Origin: a virus
Lineage: Duplodnaviria > Caudoviricetes
DNA length: 64,000 nucleotides
Virus record (IMG/VR): IMGVR_UViG_3300009031_000221
Location: 288,001-352,000 of that record
Direction: 5' to 3' (one strand)
How positions within the stretch are numbered: position 1 is the stretch's first letter; each line of letters begins with the position of its first letter. Positions 9,611 to 17,989 of this stretch are shown here, one piece after another. The position numbers and the translations under genes are program-made. A model generated the notes under the pieces. The model had not been told where the DNA came from, searched no databases, and was given only the letters and a program-made list of their open reading frames with translations.

Positions 9611-9913
9611 ATGCCATGCTGCGAATTTGCCCCCGAGAAGGATGATCTCCCAGGATTGATCCGGCATATGAAGGGTTCGCACCCGGAAATGACCGAAGAA
9701 ATCCAGACTTTGTCCGAAGAAATGGCTGGTTACGTGCGGGAAAGGTGGAAGGATACCTTTGGAGGCCCCCTGCAAGTCGACTTCGTGTGCATGAACCCTG
9801 CGAAGATGGAACTTCTCATGGCCACGATGGAGATCAGCGACCTTGTGCCCATGAGCTACGGTATGATGCCCGCTATTGGCCCGAATCGTTTCCGAGTTAT
9901 GATCGAGATCTAA
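9611..9913 (+). CDS. Hypothetical protein
   Basis: ATG 9611 follows the upstream stop. Confidence 0.6.
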   Translation: MPCCEFAPEKDDLPGLIRHMKGSHPEMTEEIQTLSEEMAGYVRERWKDTFGGPLQVDFVCMNPAKMELLMATMEISDLVPMSYGMMPAIGPNRFRVMIEI

Positions 9914-9924
9914 AGGAATAATTC

Positions 9925-10617
9925 ATGAAGGCATATTGGTTCAGCAGTAATGGGGAAGCGAAGTATGGCACCGTGAAGGACTACCTTATAGGCCAAACCT
10001 ACAAGGTAGAAGGGGAAATCAAGCCTTGTTCCCACGGGCTTCATGCCTCCGTATATCCCTTCGATGCCTTGGGATATGCAGGACGTGGGCGTACATTGGA
10101 TATCGTGGAGCTTGGCGGAACCGTTGTCTCGGGGAACCCAGACAAACATGCCGCAAGTGAACGTACACATGTTCAACGTATTGATGCTACTGATATGCTC
10201 CAGGAGTTCGCCCGGTGGTGTGCATTGAGTGTGGCTTACCAATGGCCCGAAATGCCTGCAATCATCCGGCAATACCTTGAAACCGGAGATCGGGAGCTTC
10301 GTAATGAAGCTGCCACTTGTCACAATACCATTATGGATTCATGTGATTACGGCACGCAATCGTCATTGCGGGCTTCTGATGCCACCTACTACGCCTTCTA
10401 TGATATCGGTCTGGCGGCTCTTGGGGCGGAATATGCAGCCCAATCTGCCTTTGACGGGGAGGTTGAGTTCTACAGGAATGCACACGACGTAGATGATCCC
10501 GATTATGACTCCAATTTCCGGGACAAGATCCGGCAAAAGCAAAGGGACAAGTTTCAGGAACTCGCGGACAAGTACTTCGCACAGGCATTGACATATGCAA
10601 ACCCCGATCAAGTGTAA
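9925..10617 (+). CDS. MKAYWFS-family paralog (DUF7666-like N-domain plus helical C-domain)
   Basis: C..GLHAS..P.DAL.Y, VELGG, EFARWCAL, YLETGD; paralogs at 21347, 22018, 44204, 45301. Confidence 0.75.
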   Translation: MKAYWFSSNGEAKYGTVKDYLIGQTYKVEGEIKPCSHGLHASVYPFDALGYAGRGRTLDIVELGGTVVSGNPDKHAASERTHVQRIDATDMLQEFARWCALSVAYQWPEMPAIIRQYLETGDRELRNEAATCHNTIMDSCDYGTQSSLRASDATYYAFYDIGLAALGAEYAAQSAFDGEVEFYRNAHDVDDPDYDSNFRDKIRQKQRDKFQELADKYFAQALTYANPDQV

Positions 10618-10921
10618 TGAATGCCAACAGATCCTGTTGTCCGTATGGCCTCTAGGGGATCCACGGGGGATCATATCTATGACCGGGTTCCAAGAGGATA
10701 ACGGCCCGCATGACCCAAATGTCCGCCAGGCACCAAATGTCCCTGGGCCTATCCGTTCCACAGCAATTCATGTTTTCGGTCATGAAGATTACGTTAGGAT
10801 CCTCGTCCGATGCGACAAATGCAGGTACGGTGAAGGCAGCCTAGACATCCCACGCCCAATTCGGGCAAAAACCAGTCCAAAGAGGCCCATTTGGGCATTT
10901 TGGCGCAAGGATCCCAAATGA
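10595..10921 (+). CDS. Hypothetical protein with CxxC pairs
   Basis: CNEC and CDKC; coupled. Confidence 0.55.
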   Translation: MQTPIKCNECQQILLSVWPLGDPRGIISMTGFQEDNGPHDPNVRQAPNVPGPIRSTAIHVFGHEDYVRILVRCDKCRYGEGSLDIPRPIRAKTSPKRPIWAFWRKDPK

Positions 10922-11259
10922 TGATCGTTGACTTGACCAAATACCTCGAGGAAGCCATCCAAGGTGGCATCCGTACCGCCAAAATGGCAGAAGTTGCGGC
11001 AAATGATGCCGTTGCTTCCGCAGGAATCGACCCGGAAGCCCTTGTACACGCCGCCCAGGCTGCACAAGCCGCTACCGGGGCGCATGCCATCGTAGCGAAC
11101 ATGATCGCATCCATCCTGCCCTCACCGGATGAGGGCGGGGATTGCCTGGATTGCGACTGCGATGACTGCAATGACCATGACAAGTGTCCTGGAGATGACT
11201 GTGAAGGGTGCTGTGGATGCGACTCCGATTGCCCATGCGGCGGAAGGACGATCAACTAA
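10918..11259 (+). CDS. Hypothetical protein with Cys/Asp-rich metallothionein-like tail
   Basis: 11 Cys in a 32-aa C-terminal stretch; ATGA-coupled start. Confidence 0.65.
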   Translation: MMIVDLTKYLEEAIQGGIRTAKMAEVAANDAVASAGIDPEALVHAAQAAQAATGAHAIVANMIASILPSPDEGGDCLDCDCDDCNDHDKCPGDDCEGCCGCDSDCPCGGRTIN

Positions 11260-11261
11260 CC

Positions 11262-11429
11262 ATGTATGAATACAAAGTCGTTGAATGTACGGGAGCGGGA
11301 AACGTGGCATCTGCATTGAATGCCCATGCCCTATTGGGTTGGCGTCTTGTCAGCACTTATCAGCCTGAACATCGGGAATCTGGCGGCGCCATCCCAGTGT
11401 GTCTCATTTTGGAACGCCCGAAGGTCTAG
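11262..11429 (+). CDS. DUF4177-like small protein
   Basis: YEYKVV...LN.....GWRLVS....ILERP. Confidence 0.6.
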   Translation: MYEYKVVECTGAGNVASALNAHALLGWRLVSTYQPEHRESGGAIPVCLILERPKV

Positions 11430-11432
11430 TAC

Positions 11433-12002
11433 ATGACAACCTACATTTCTATCGACATCGAGGCAGACGGACCCATCCCGGGCTCCTATTCGATGATGTC
11501 CCTCGGGGCTGCAGCATTCCAACTGGACAACAATGATCCAGGTTGGAAGATGATTGCCACATTCAAGCACAACCTCCTTCCTCTGCCCTCGGCGCAACGA
11601 GATCCGGACACCATGAAATGGTGGGGTAAACAAGGCCCCGCTTGGGAACGGGCTACCGTTGGGGCTATCGATCCCGGCCAAGCCATGAATGAATTCGTAG
11701 CTTGGTGCAAAGCGCTCCCAGGGCCACTAGTCCTTGCAGGCTATCCCATTACCTACGATTTCCAGTTCGTCTACTGGTACACCGTCATGTTCACCGGATA
11801 CCCGACACCATTCGGATTCCAAGGGCTAGACATCAAGACCTTGGCCTTTGACCGCATGGGATGCTCCTTCAAGGATGCCGCAAAACGAAACATGCCCAAG
11901 CGCTGGTTCCGTAATGCTCCCCCGCATACGCATGATGCTCTGGATGATGCTATCGGCCAGGGCATCCTTCTCATGAACATTCTCAATGATGAGGCACCAT
12001 GA
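11433..12002 (+). CDS. DEDDh 3'-5' exo(ribo)nuclease (Rv2179c-like)
   Basis: ISIDIEADGP, YDF.F, DIKT, HDALDDA. Confidence 0.85.
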   Translation: MTTYISIDIEADGPIPGSYSMMSLGAAAFQLDNNDPGWKMIATFKHNLLPLPSAQRDPDTMKWWGKQGPAWERATVGAIDPGQAMNEFVAWCKALPGPLVLAGYPITYDFQFVYWYTVMFTGYPTPFGFQGLDIKTLAFDRMGCSFKDAAKRNMPKRWFRNAPPHTHDALDDAIGQGILLMNILNDEAP

Positions 12003-12286
12003 ATCCAGTTTGCGAAACTTGTAGCGGAAGATGCTGCACATTCAAGGAATTCGGCATTTGGCAGGATGTTTTCCACGGCAATATGAGGGCCAATCACCAT
12101 GATTGCCCCGATTGCAAGGATGGCACCAAGCCGAACCTCACCAAGAAGGGGCAACCCCGGAAACGGGTAGCCAAACTTGCAGTATTGACGCCGGAACAAG
12201 CTGCGGCTGAGAAGAAGGCCTTCTTTGAGCAATACCCCAAGGTCAAAGAGTACTTCGTGCAACACGTAGATCCCGACGCACAATGA
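11999..12286 (+). CDS. Hypothetical Zn-finger protein
   Basis: CETC..RCC, CPDC; ATGA coupling. Confidence 0.6.
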   Translation: MNPVCETCSGRCCTFKEFGIWQDVFHGNMRANHHDCPDCKDGTKPNLTKKGQPRKRVAKLAVLTPEQAAAEKKAFFEQYPKVKEYFVQHVDPDAQ

Positions 12287-12516
12287 TCTCGCCAGAAGAA
12301 CTTGCTCGCCTTCGGAAGATCGAACGTGTTGCAAAGGCTACCGTCAAAGCATTGCTGACCAATGAGGACAATGATCCTGATTGGGGGGATCAATGGATGA
12401 CGCTAGACGTAGAAGCCTTATGGAAACTGGTCGCTGTCATCAATCCTGATGCAGCACAACGTAACGAGGATGCCATCAGGGCAATTGAAACTCGTTGTGG
12501 GAGGAAACGCCAATGA
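12283..12516 (+). CDS. Hypothetical protein
   Basis: ATGA coupling. Confidence 0.6.
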   Translation: MISPEELARLRKIERVAKATVKALLTNEDNDPDWGDQWMTLDVEALWKLVAVINPDAAQRNEDAIRAIETRCGRKRQ

Positions 12517-12695
12517 AACTCATTATCAAAGCACACAAAGGGAAATTCCGTATATGGAATGTCACGCACGGTGGATGGCATAAGGTATTGGGCAAGCCCG
12601 TGGACTACCCAAGCCGCTATAAAGCCCAGTTTTACGTCAATCTATACCACAAAAACAACCCCGATACTGGATCGCAAACCCCTCCAAGTGCGTAA
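12513..12695 (+). CDS. Hypothetical protein
   Basis: ATGA coupling. Confidence 0.55.
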   Translation: MKLIIKAHKGKFRIWNVTHGGWHKVLGKPVDYPSRYKAQFYVNLYHKNNPDTGSQTPPSA

Positions 12696-12740
12696 TTGAT
12701 CATGCCCAAATAAGGGCTCAACACCATCGGAGTTCTATAC

Positions 12741-14216
12741 ATGTCTTCTCATCTATTTGGCATTCGTGCCACCGTCAAACTTCCAAAAGAAACCCAATGG
12801 GATCTGTTTGTCCCATTCACCCCCCAAATCGCAGTCCTCGAGGCACAACGCGACTCCAATAACCCGAACGAATACGCCAAATATGCCAAATTCGTAAGGG
12901 ATTTGAGGGCGATTGATTCTCTCAAGAACGTCGGATCACTCAACCTGACGGACAAGTTCACGCACCTGAACATCATCTCCGGTTATCCCGGGGACGCACA
13001 AATGGGCGCTATCATGTCATGCTTCGTTCATGATATGCCCTTCCTGAAAGATCACATGGATGATCTGTGGGATCGCCTGGACAAGGAAAAGGCCATGTGC
13101 TTCTTCCTCATCCAGCAAGACACCCGCTCCGCAAAGGACTTCCTCCAGGCTATCCAGGAAGCATCCAAGATGGTCGGCGAAACCAAGGCATGGTTGGTAG
13201 ACACCGATGCCCTGGATGATCGCTACCTCGTGCAAATGGATCATCCTGATGAGGCCTTCCAGAAGAACCTCCCCAAGCAAATTCATCGGTTCCGTAGGAC
13301 GAACAACACCCACTGGACGGTAGATGAACTGGGCGCCTTCAGGGCTTCCCTGGGTAAGGAGCTTCGTGTCCGCCACACGGAGGATCAGGAATCAGCTTTC
13401 GAGGAAAGCTTCCTCCGTATCGCAAAGAATGTCCGCGATCAGGCAACCCCCGGCAACAAGGAGCGCTCCCTGAGCGCTATCCGTGGCCGCATGTACCTCG
13501 ACGCCCGCTCAAGCACTGATCCCGTATTCTTCCGCCTCCTCAATACCGCTACCAGGATGGGCGGGGCAGAAGGTAGGGTGAAGTTCAATATCCTGGATGA
13601 CGTTGAATTCAAGACCCCTGCGGTGTCTTACACCGTAGAGGAACTCCGTCAGGCACACAATATCGAACAGGCTTCCGATAAGGTGACGACCATCGTAAAT
13701 GCCCCTGAACCCGTCATGGCACCCACGACGACTCTCAGTCAGGCTCTGGATGATCTCGCCCCTCAGGTCGTCACCAAGCCCCTCTCCGATTCACCGGCAA
13801 CCCCTGCCGCTATCGCAGCCATCAAGGAAACCCTTCCCACGGTTATCCCTGCAGATCAGGACACCGCAGCTATGGCAGCAGCACGTCAGGCTCTCAGGGA
13901 CTTGGAAGTCAATGAACTCCTCCGGACGGAACTCTCCTCCTTCAAGCATGACCCCTTCATGTACACGAAGAATGGTGGCCTGACCATCCAGGGTAAACGG
14001 GTATTCCTCCTGCCCGTCAATGACCCCCTCTGGGATGTCGTCCTCGCCGAAATCGTGACCCTTATCGCACACGTGCGGGATCTTATCGCGACACAGGAAG
14101 AAACCAAGGCACTGGCCAAGGCGGAAATCGAGCGCAAGCAGCACGCTATCAAGGCCAACTCCTTGGGTAATCGTATCCTTGAACTCCTCTCCGGTCTCCT
14201 CCCCAAGAAGATCTAA
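12741..14216 (+). CDS. Hypothetical protein (491 aa, Pro/Ala/Thr linker, coiled-coil C-terminus)
   Basis: Long ORF with GGAG RBS; no recognised domain. Confidence 0.75.
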   Translation: MSSHLFGIRATVKLPKETQWDLFVPFTPQIAVLEAQRDSNNPNEYAKYAKFVRDLRAIDSLKNVGSLNLTDKFTHLNIISGYPGDAQMGAIMSCFVHDMPFLKDHMDDLWDRLDKEKAMCFFLIQQDTRSAKDFLQAIQEASKMVGETKAWLVDTDALDDRYLVQMDHPDEAFQKNLPKQIHRFRRTNNTHWTVDELGAFRASLGKELRVRHTEDQESAFEESFLRIAKNVRDQATPGNKERSLSAIRGRMYLDARSSTDPVFFRLLNTATRMGGAEGRVKFNILDDVEFKTPAVSYTVEELRQAHNIEQASDKVTTIVNAPEPVMAPTTTLSQALDDLAPQVVTKPLSDSPATPAAIAAIKETLPTVIPADQDTAAMAAARQALRDLEVNELLRTELSSFKHDPFMYTKNGGLTIQGKRVFLLPVNDPLWDVVLAEIVTLIAHVRDLIATQEETKALAKAEIERKQHAIKANSLGNRILELLSGLLPKKI

Positions 14217-14217
14217 C

Positions 14218-14442
14218 ATGAAGTACTCGACCCTGTACATGGCGAAGTCTATGGGTGACATGACATTCACCCCTGAAGCCCTGGAATTCGCCAAAGAGGA
14301 TCTCCTCAAGAAGGGTGCCATCACCGTCACCTTGCCCAACGGGACTAAACAAACCGTATCCCTTGGGCAAGGTGACGTGCGTATCACGGATCAAGGCTTG
14401 GAACTCACCCTTGAAGTCCCTACTTCATTAAATCCGTTATAG
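14218..14442 (+). CDS. Hypothetical protein
   Basis: Starts 1 nt after upstream stop. Confidence 0.55.
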   Translation: MKYSTLYMAKSMGDMTFTPEALEFAKEDLLKKGAITVTLPNGTKQTVSLGQGDVRITDQGLELTLEVPTSLNPL

Positions 14443-14444
14443 GG

Positions 14445-14475
14445 CCTATAAAACCACCCTGAGCGGGGGTGGTTT
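14445..14475 (+). promoter_or_regulatory. CCTATAAAA element overlapping an RBS-occluding hairpin
   Basis: AAACCACCC (14451-59) pairs with GGGTGGTTT (14467-75) just before ATG 14478. Confidence 0.45.
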
Positions 14476-14966
14476 CCATGATTCCAGGACAACTAAATCA
14501 AGCACAGAAGGGCGGTGGTTGGGCAGACTATAATGATGGTCCCCCACAAGCCATCATTGCGGATGTATGGACCCCATTGGTAAACAATGGGCTTGGACCA
14601 TTGACACAATTAGCATTCATGCCAAAGGGGGTCACTCAGTTGTGGGACACTGGCACGAATATGCTGGATTTATCCGGTTTGCGGGTTGGGGACATCATCC
14701 GACTCCGAACCGACTTGGTGGTCACCCCCACCGTGAACAACTCCTATTTCCATACTCGAGTATGGTTCCTAGGTGACGGAGGTTGGTCCTTGGAAAAACG
14801 AAATGCTCGTTTGGATAGCGGCGCGGGCATTGGTTACTCGATGATTGAAGACCTGCGGTTTTACATCGGATCTGAAAGTACCCGAACTTCAGGGGCACGT
14901 ATTGATGTAAGTTGTGGTTCTGATGCAAGTATTCAAGTCAATGGTTTCTTCATTTCCCTGGGTTGA
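14469..14966 (+). CDS. Putative virion structural protein
   Basis: Beta-rich Gly/Thr/Asn composition, heads an Ig/LamG operon; ATG 14478 is the likelier start. Confidence 0.55.
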   Translation: MVSMIPGQLNQAQKGGGWADYNDGPPQAIIADVWTPLVNNGLGPLTQLAFMPKGVTQLWDTGTNMLDLSGLRVGDIIRLRTDLVVTPTVNNSYFHTRVWFLGDGGWSLEKRNARLDSGAGIGYSMIEDLRFYIGSESTRTSGARIDVSCGSDASIQVNGFFISLG

Positions 14967-14975
14967 GGTGTCGTC

Positions 14976-15545
14976 ATGGCAATTCGCATCTACTATGATC
15001 CACTCAGTGGGCACGTTGTGTTTTACCCATCAAATGTAGACCCCAAGCCTACGTTCTGTTTGCATGCCTACGGTAATGACGACGGGTTGACGATTGATAT
15101 CCTAGCAACATATACAATAACCCGATTGGAAGTCGCCAATTATCCATGGACAGAAATCCAAGACATCAATGGGGATCCTGCGGGGGTCACCATAAATGAT
15201 GTCGTGAACTATTTGAATTCCCAATTCGAGGCATCAGGTGGTGGGGCAATTCCGGTCATTACATCCCCTTTGACCTCCAATGTGGTTGAGGGCCTGGCAT
15301 ATATCTACGCCATTGAGGCCGATAATTCCCCATCTTTGTATTTGGCTTCAGGGCTTCCGGAAGGATTGGTATGCAACCCCGTAACAGGCATCATATCAGG
15401 CGTAACCTCCGCGCTAGGCCCCCATGCCATATTGATTTCAGCCATCAATGCCTACGGTGGAGATACGGAAACGTTGAAGTTTCAGGCGGCTATCACAATA
15501 CATACTCAATCAAATTCCGCGACCATATCTACCAGCACCACCTGA
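14976..15545 (+). CDS. Putative virion protein with He_PIG-type Ig domain
   Basis: PVITSP...Y.I.A.NSP..Y.ASGLP.GL..NP.TG.ISG.....G......A.NA.G.D. Confidence 0.7.
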   Translation: MAIRIYYDPLSGHVVFYPSNVDPKPTFCLHAYGNDDGLTIDILATYTITRLEVANYPWTEIQDINGDPAGVTINDVVNYLNSQFEASGGGAIPVITSPLTSNVVEGLAYIYAIEADNSPSLYLASGLPEGLVCNPVTGIISGVTSALGPHAILISAINAYGGDTETLKFQAAITIHTQSNSATISTSTT

Positions 15546-16192
15546 CAGTCGATACGGATGCTGCCATCAACGATGGTTCCAACGATCCGTGGTCAATTTC
15601 TGCATGGGTCTACATGCGAAACATCAATACATTCATGGATCTGTTTTCACAAGGACTCATCACAGGTCAATATCGACACATTTACATGGACAATACAGGT
15701 CATGTAATCCTAAAGTTCTACCGTACCGGAACCCTGAGAACCTACCGGTCGGATACGGCATTGACGGCAGACACATGGATGCATATATCCGTGGTCTATG
15801 CCGCGGCTCCTTCATGTGCAATCTACTTCAATGGGGTAGCTCAAGCAGTTACCCTAGTGGATAACACCTTGGTAGCGGAATCCAAAGGTACAACCAATAT
15901 GCGAATCGGCCGTGGCACCGGGGCGGTTACGGATGCCTATTGGATGGACGGTTTTTTGGATGAATGGGTTTATTGGAACATCGCCCTGTCCGCAGGACAG
16001 GTAACCACCATATACAATGGTGGTGTTACACACGACCTGTCCCTGCTTGCTTTCGCGGCAAATATGGTTCAATGGCTATTGATGGGTGATGGCGACTCAT
16101 ACCCAACGTTGAATGACAATTCTATTGGAAACGGACACCCCGCAACCATGATCAACATGACAGCTCTGAATATTGTCAGCTTCACACCCTAG
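15371..16192 (+). CDS. LamG/concanavalin-A-like domain protein, probably the frameshifted continuation of 14976
   Basis: WSISAWV, W.HI.VVY, IYFNG, IGRG, G.LDE..YWN.ALS..QV..IYNGG; first about 33 codons look non-coding. Confidence 0.75.
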   Translation: MQPRNRHHIRRNLRARPPCHIDFSHQCLRWRYGNVEVSGGYHNTYSIKFRDHIYQHHLTVDTDAAINDGSNDPWSISAWVYMRNINTFMDLFSQGLITGQYRHIYMDNTGHVILKFYRTGTLRTYRSDTALTADTWMHISVVYAAAPSCAIYFNGVAQAVTLVDNTLVAESKGTTNMRIGRGTGAVTDAYWMDGFLDEWVYWNIALSAGQVTTIYNGGVTHDLSLLAFAANMVQWLLMGDGDSYPTLNDNSIGNGHPATMINMTALNIVSFTP

Positions 16193-16448
16193 ATAAATAC
16201 CTAGCAGCAACCCGACGGTAATCCAAATTCAACCTAGTCCCTCCATAGGGACTAGGCTCCTCCCGTATCGGTACACGCTTCAACGTTCGCATATTGCCCC
16301 AGGACGCCTGCGCCTCATCTGACTGCAGCCCACTCGCATACAACGGCAATCCCTTGCTACGGGCCAACCACCGTGCCCCAAACAAGTACAACGCTCGCCC
16401 TATCCCCTGCCGCCTCATCTGATATACCGGACCCGTTGACTTATCCAT
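16182..16448 (-). CDS. Short ORF with GNAT motif-A-like RRQGIGRALY; possible remnant
   Basis: R-x-x-G-x-G motif; in-frame TAG just upstream of ATG; ends RRVAARYL. Confidence 0.4.
   Translation of the reverse strand: MDKSTGPVYQMRRQGIGRALYLFGARWLARSKGLPLYASGLQSDEAQASWGNMRTLKRVPIREEPSPYGGTRLNLDYRRVAARYLSRV
16233..16256 (+). terminator. Perfect 10-bp hairpin, candidate terminator of the Ig/LamG operon
   Basis: CCTAGTCCCT-CCAT-AGGGACTAGG, 40 nt after LamG stop; no U-tract. Confidence 0.35.
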
Positions 16449-16460
16449 TCCACCCTATTC

Positions 16461-16700
16461 AAAATCGACCCCCAAAAAAATACCCCCAGCGGTACCAGGC
16501 AGATATTGATTTCACGTTCCCTTTTGAAATCGACCCCTATATCCCTCCAGAAATCTGACCCGCCCTTTCACCATAGACGTAGGACACAATAGGAATAAGC
16601 CCCTACCTATCTAGCTATCCCCCCAGAGAACGAACCCCTAGCTAACACCCGCCCGTCAGGGCATTGTAGATGTGGGTTTCAAGACCGTTTCAAAATCGAC
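16461..16700. repeat. Dispersed AAATCGAC(CCC) direct repeats in a C-rich intergenic region
   Basis: Copies at 16461, 16526, 16692 and a degenerate one near 16550. Confidence 0.5.
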
Positions 16701-16777
16701 TTCCTCAAAATAGGTACGGATTCAATACGGCCTTTTTGGCAAGGTACCATCCCCCGAATAGTTTACTATCCGGTATT

Positions 16778-17746
16778 TCAATATGACGTGGTGGTCGGGG
16801 AGATGCCATAATACAGAATCTGTTGCTTGACAAGACCTTCATAGACACCAAATCGATTTGCTATAATGGGTATTGGTACCCCTTGATCAATTAATACTTG
16901 AATTATTTCTTTTGGCAAACTGAGTTTGGGCCTGCGTCCTGTATATGTACTTGTGACCAAGTGATGGAGGTCTGCATCAGGCCATGTCCGCTGCCTACCT
17001 TTGGTATTACCAAGGGTGGATAGCGCTGTATGGATAAACCCTATAGGGACCTTCATACCCAGGGCTATATGCTTAGGGGTGCTGCCTGCATCGGTCAGTT
17101 GTCGTACTAGTGCTAGGTCAATCATGCTATTGACTGCATCCATGTCACGACAAAGAAACCCTGCCGCTAACTTATAGCGTAGGGTATCCAGGATATAAGG
17201 CTTGATGATATCGAGGAAGGCACGTGCTTGGACTTCTCCTCGAACCACGATACGTGATGAAGTCCCAACCTCAGCCATCGCTTGAATGCCGAAGTGTGCA
17301 AGGATGGCAAGGGCTACGTCATGACTACGTTCATGACATGAGAACGAGGGCCAGTGTTGGTGCATGCCGTCATCCATATACCACACTGCTAGGGCTAAGG
17401 GTGTCATCATAGGTATGACAGACTCATGGAACTTCTTACGGAGCTTGCCGTCACATGATGGCGTAGAATTGGCATAGAACATTTCCCACCAAGGAAGCAA
17501 TTCATCGTATTTCCGTACACGGAAGCCTACAGCCCCTTGATGAGTAGCCTTCTTTGGGGGTACCTCTGTTAATGTTCCTGCATAATCGCCCCAGTATGCC
17601 ATCTTCCACAGGACATATTCCAACTGCCCCTTGGCATGGAATTCACTATAGGACGCACCTGTGGCGCCACGGCCTAGGGATCCATCCCCAAGCATGGATC
17701 CCAGTAATATTGATTGTAGTGGTTCGGTCAAAACGAGATTTTTCAT
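16778..17746 (-). mobile_element. Free-standing LAGLIDADG homing endonuclease with C-terminal HTH-like repeats
   Basis: ILLGSMLGDG and LALAVWYMDDG motifs, YVLWK. Confidence 0.85.
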
Positions 17747-17884
17747 ACCATCAGGATACGCCTAATCACATCATTAGTCAAGATGAGATAATAAACTATG
17801 TGCCGATTACCAAGACGTTGATGCTCTATAGGGGTCAAAACCTAACCCATTTGGTATACCAAATGCCCCAGATAAATAACTCCG

Positions 17885-17901
17885 CCCTAATAGTATTAGG
17901 G
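17885..17901. repeat. 17-bp palindrome CCCTAATA-G-TATTAGGG
   Basis: Perfect inverted repeat, intergenic. Confidence 0.6.
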
Positions 17902-17954
17902 GGTTAGTCTATTTCGAGTATTCGAGGTAGGTTTTGGCCCCTAAGGGAGCATCA

Positions 17955-17984
17955 ATATATTCGGCCCAGATATATTCGGCCCAG
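17955..17984. repeat. Tandem 15-bp duplication ATATATTCGGCCCAG x2
   Basis: Read directly, just beyond the sigma-like gene stop. Confidence 0.8.
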
Positions 17985-17989
17985 ATAAA

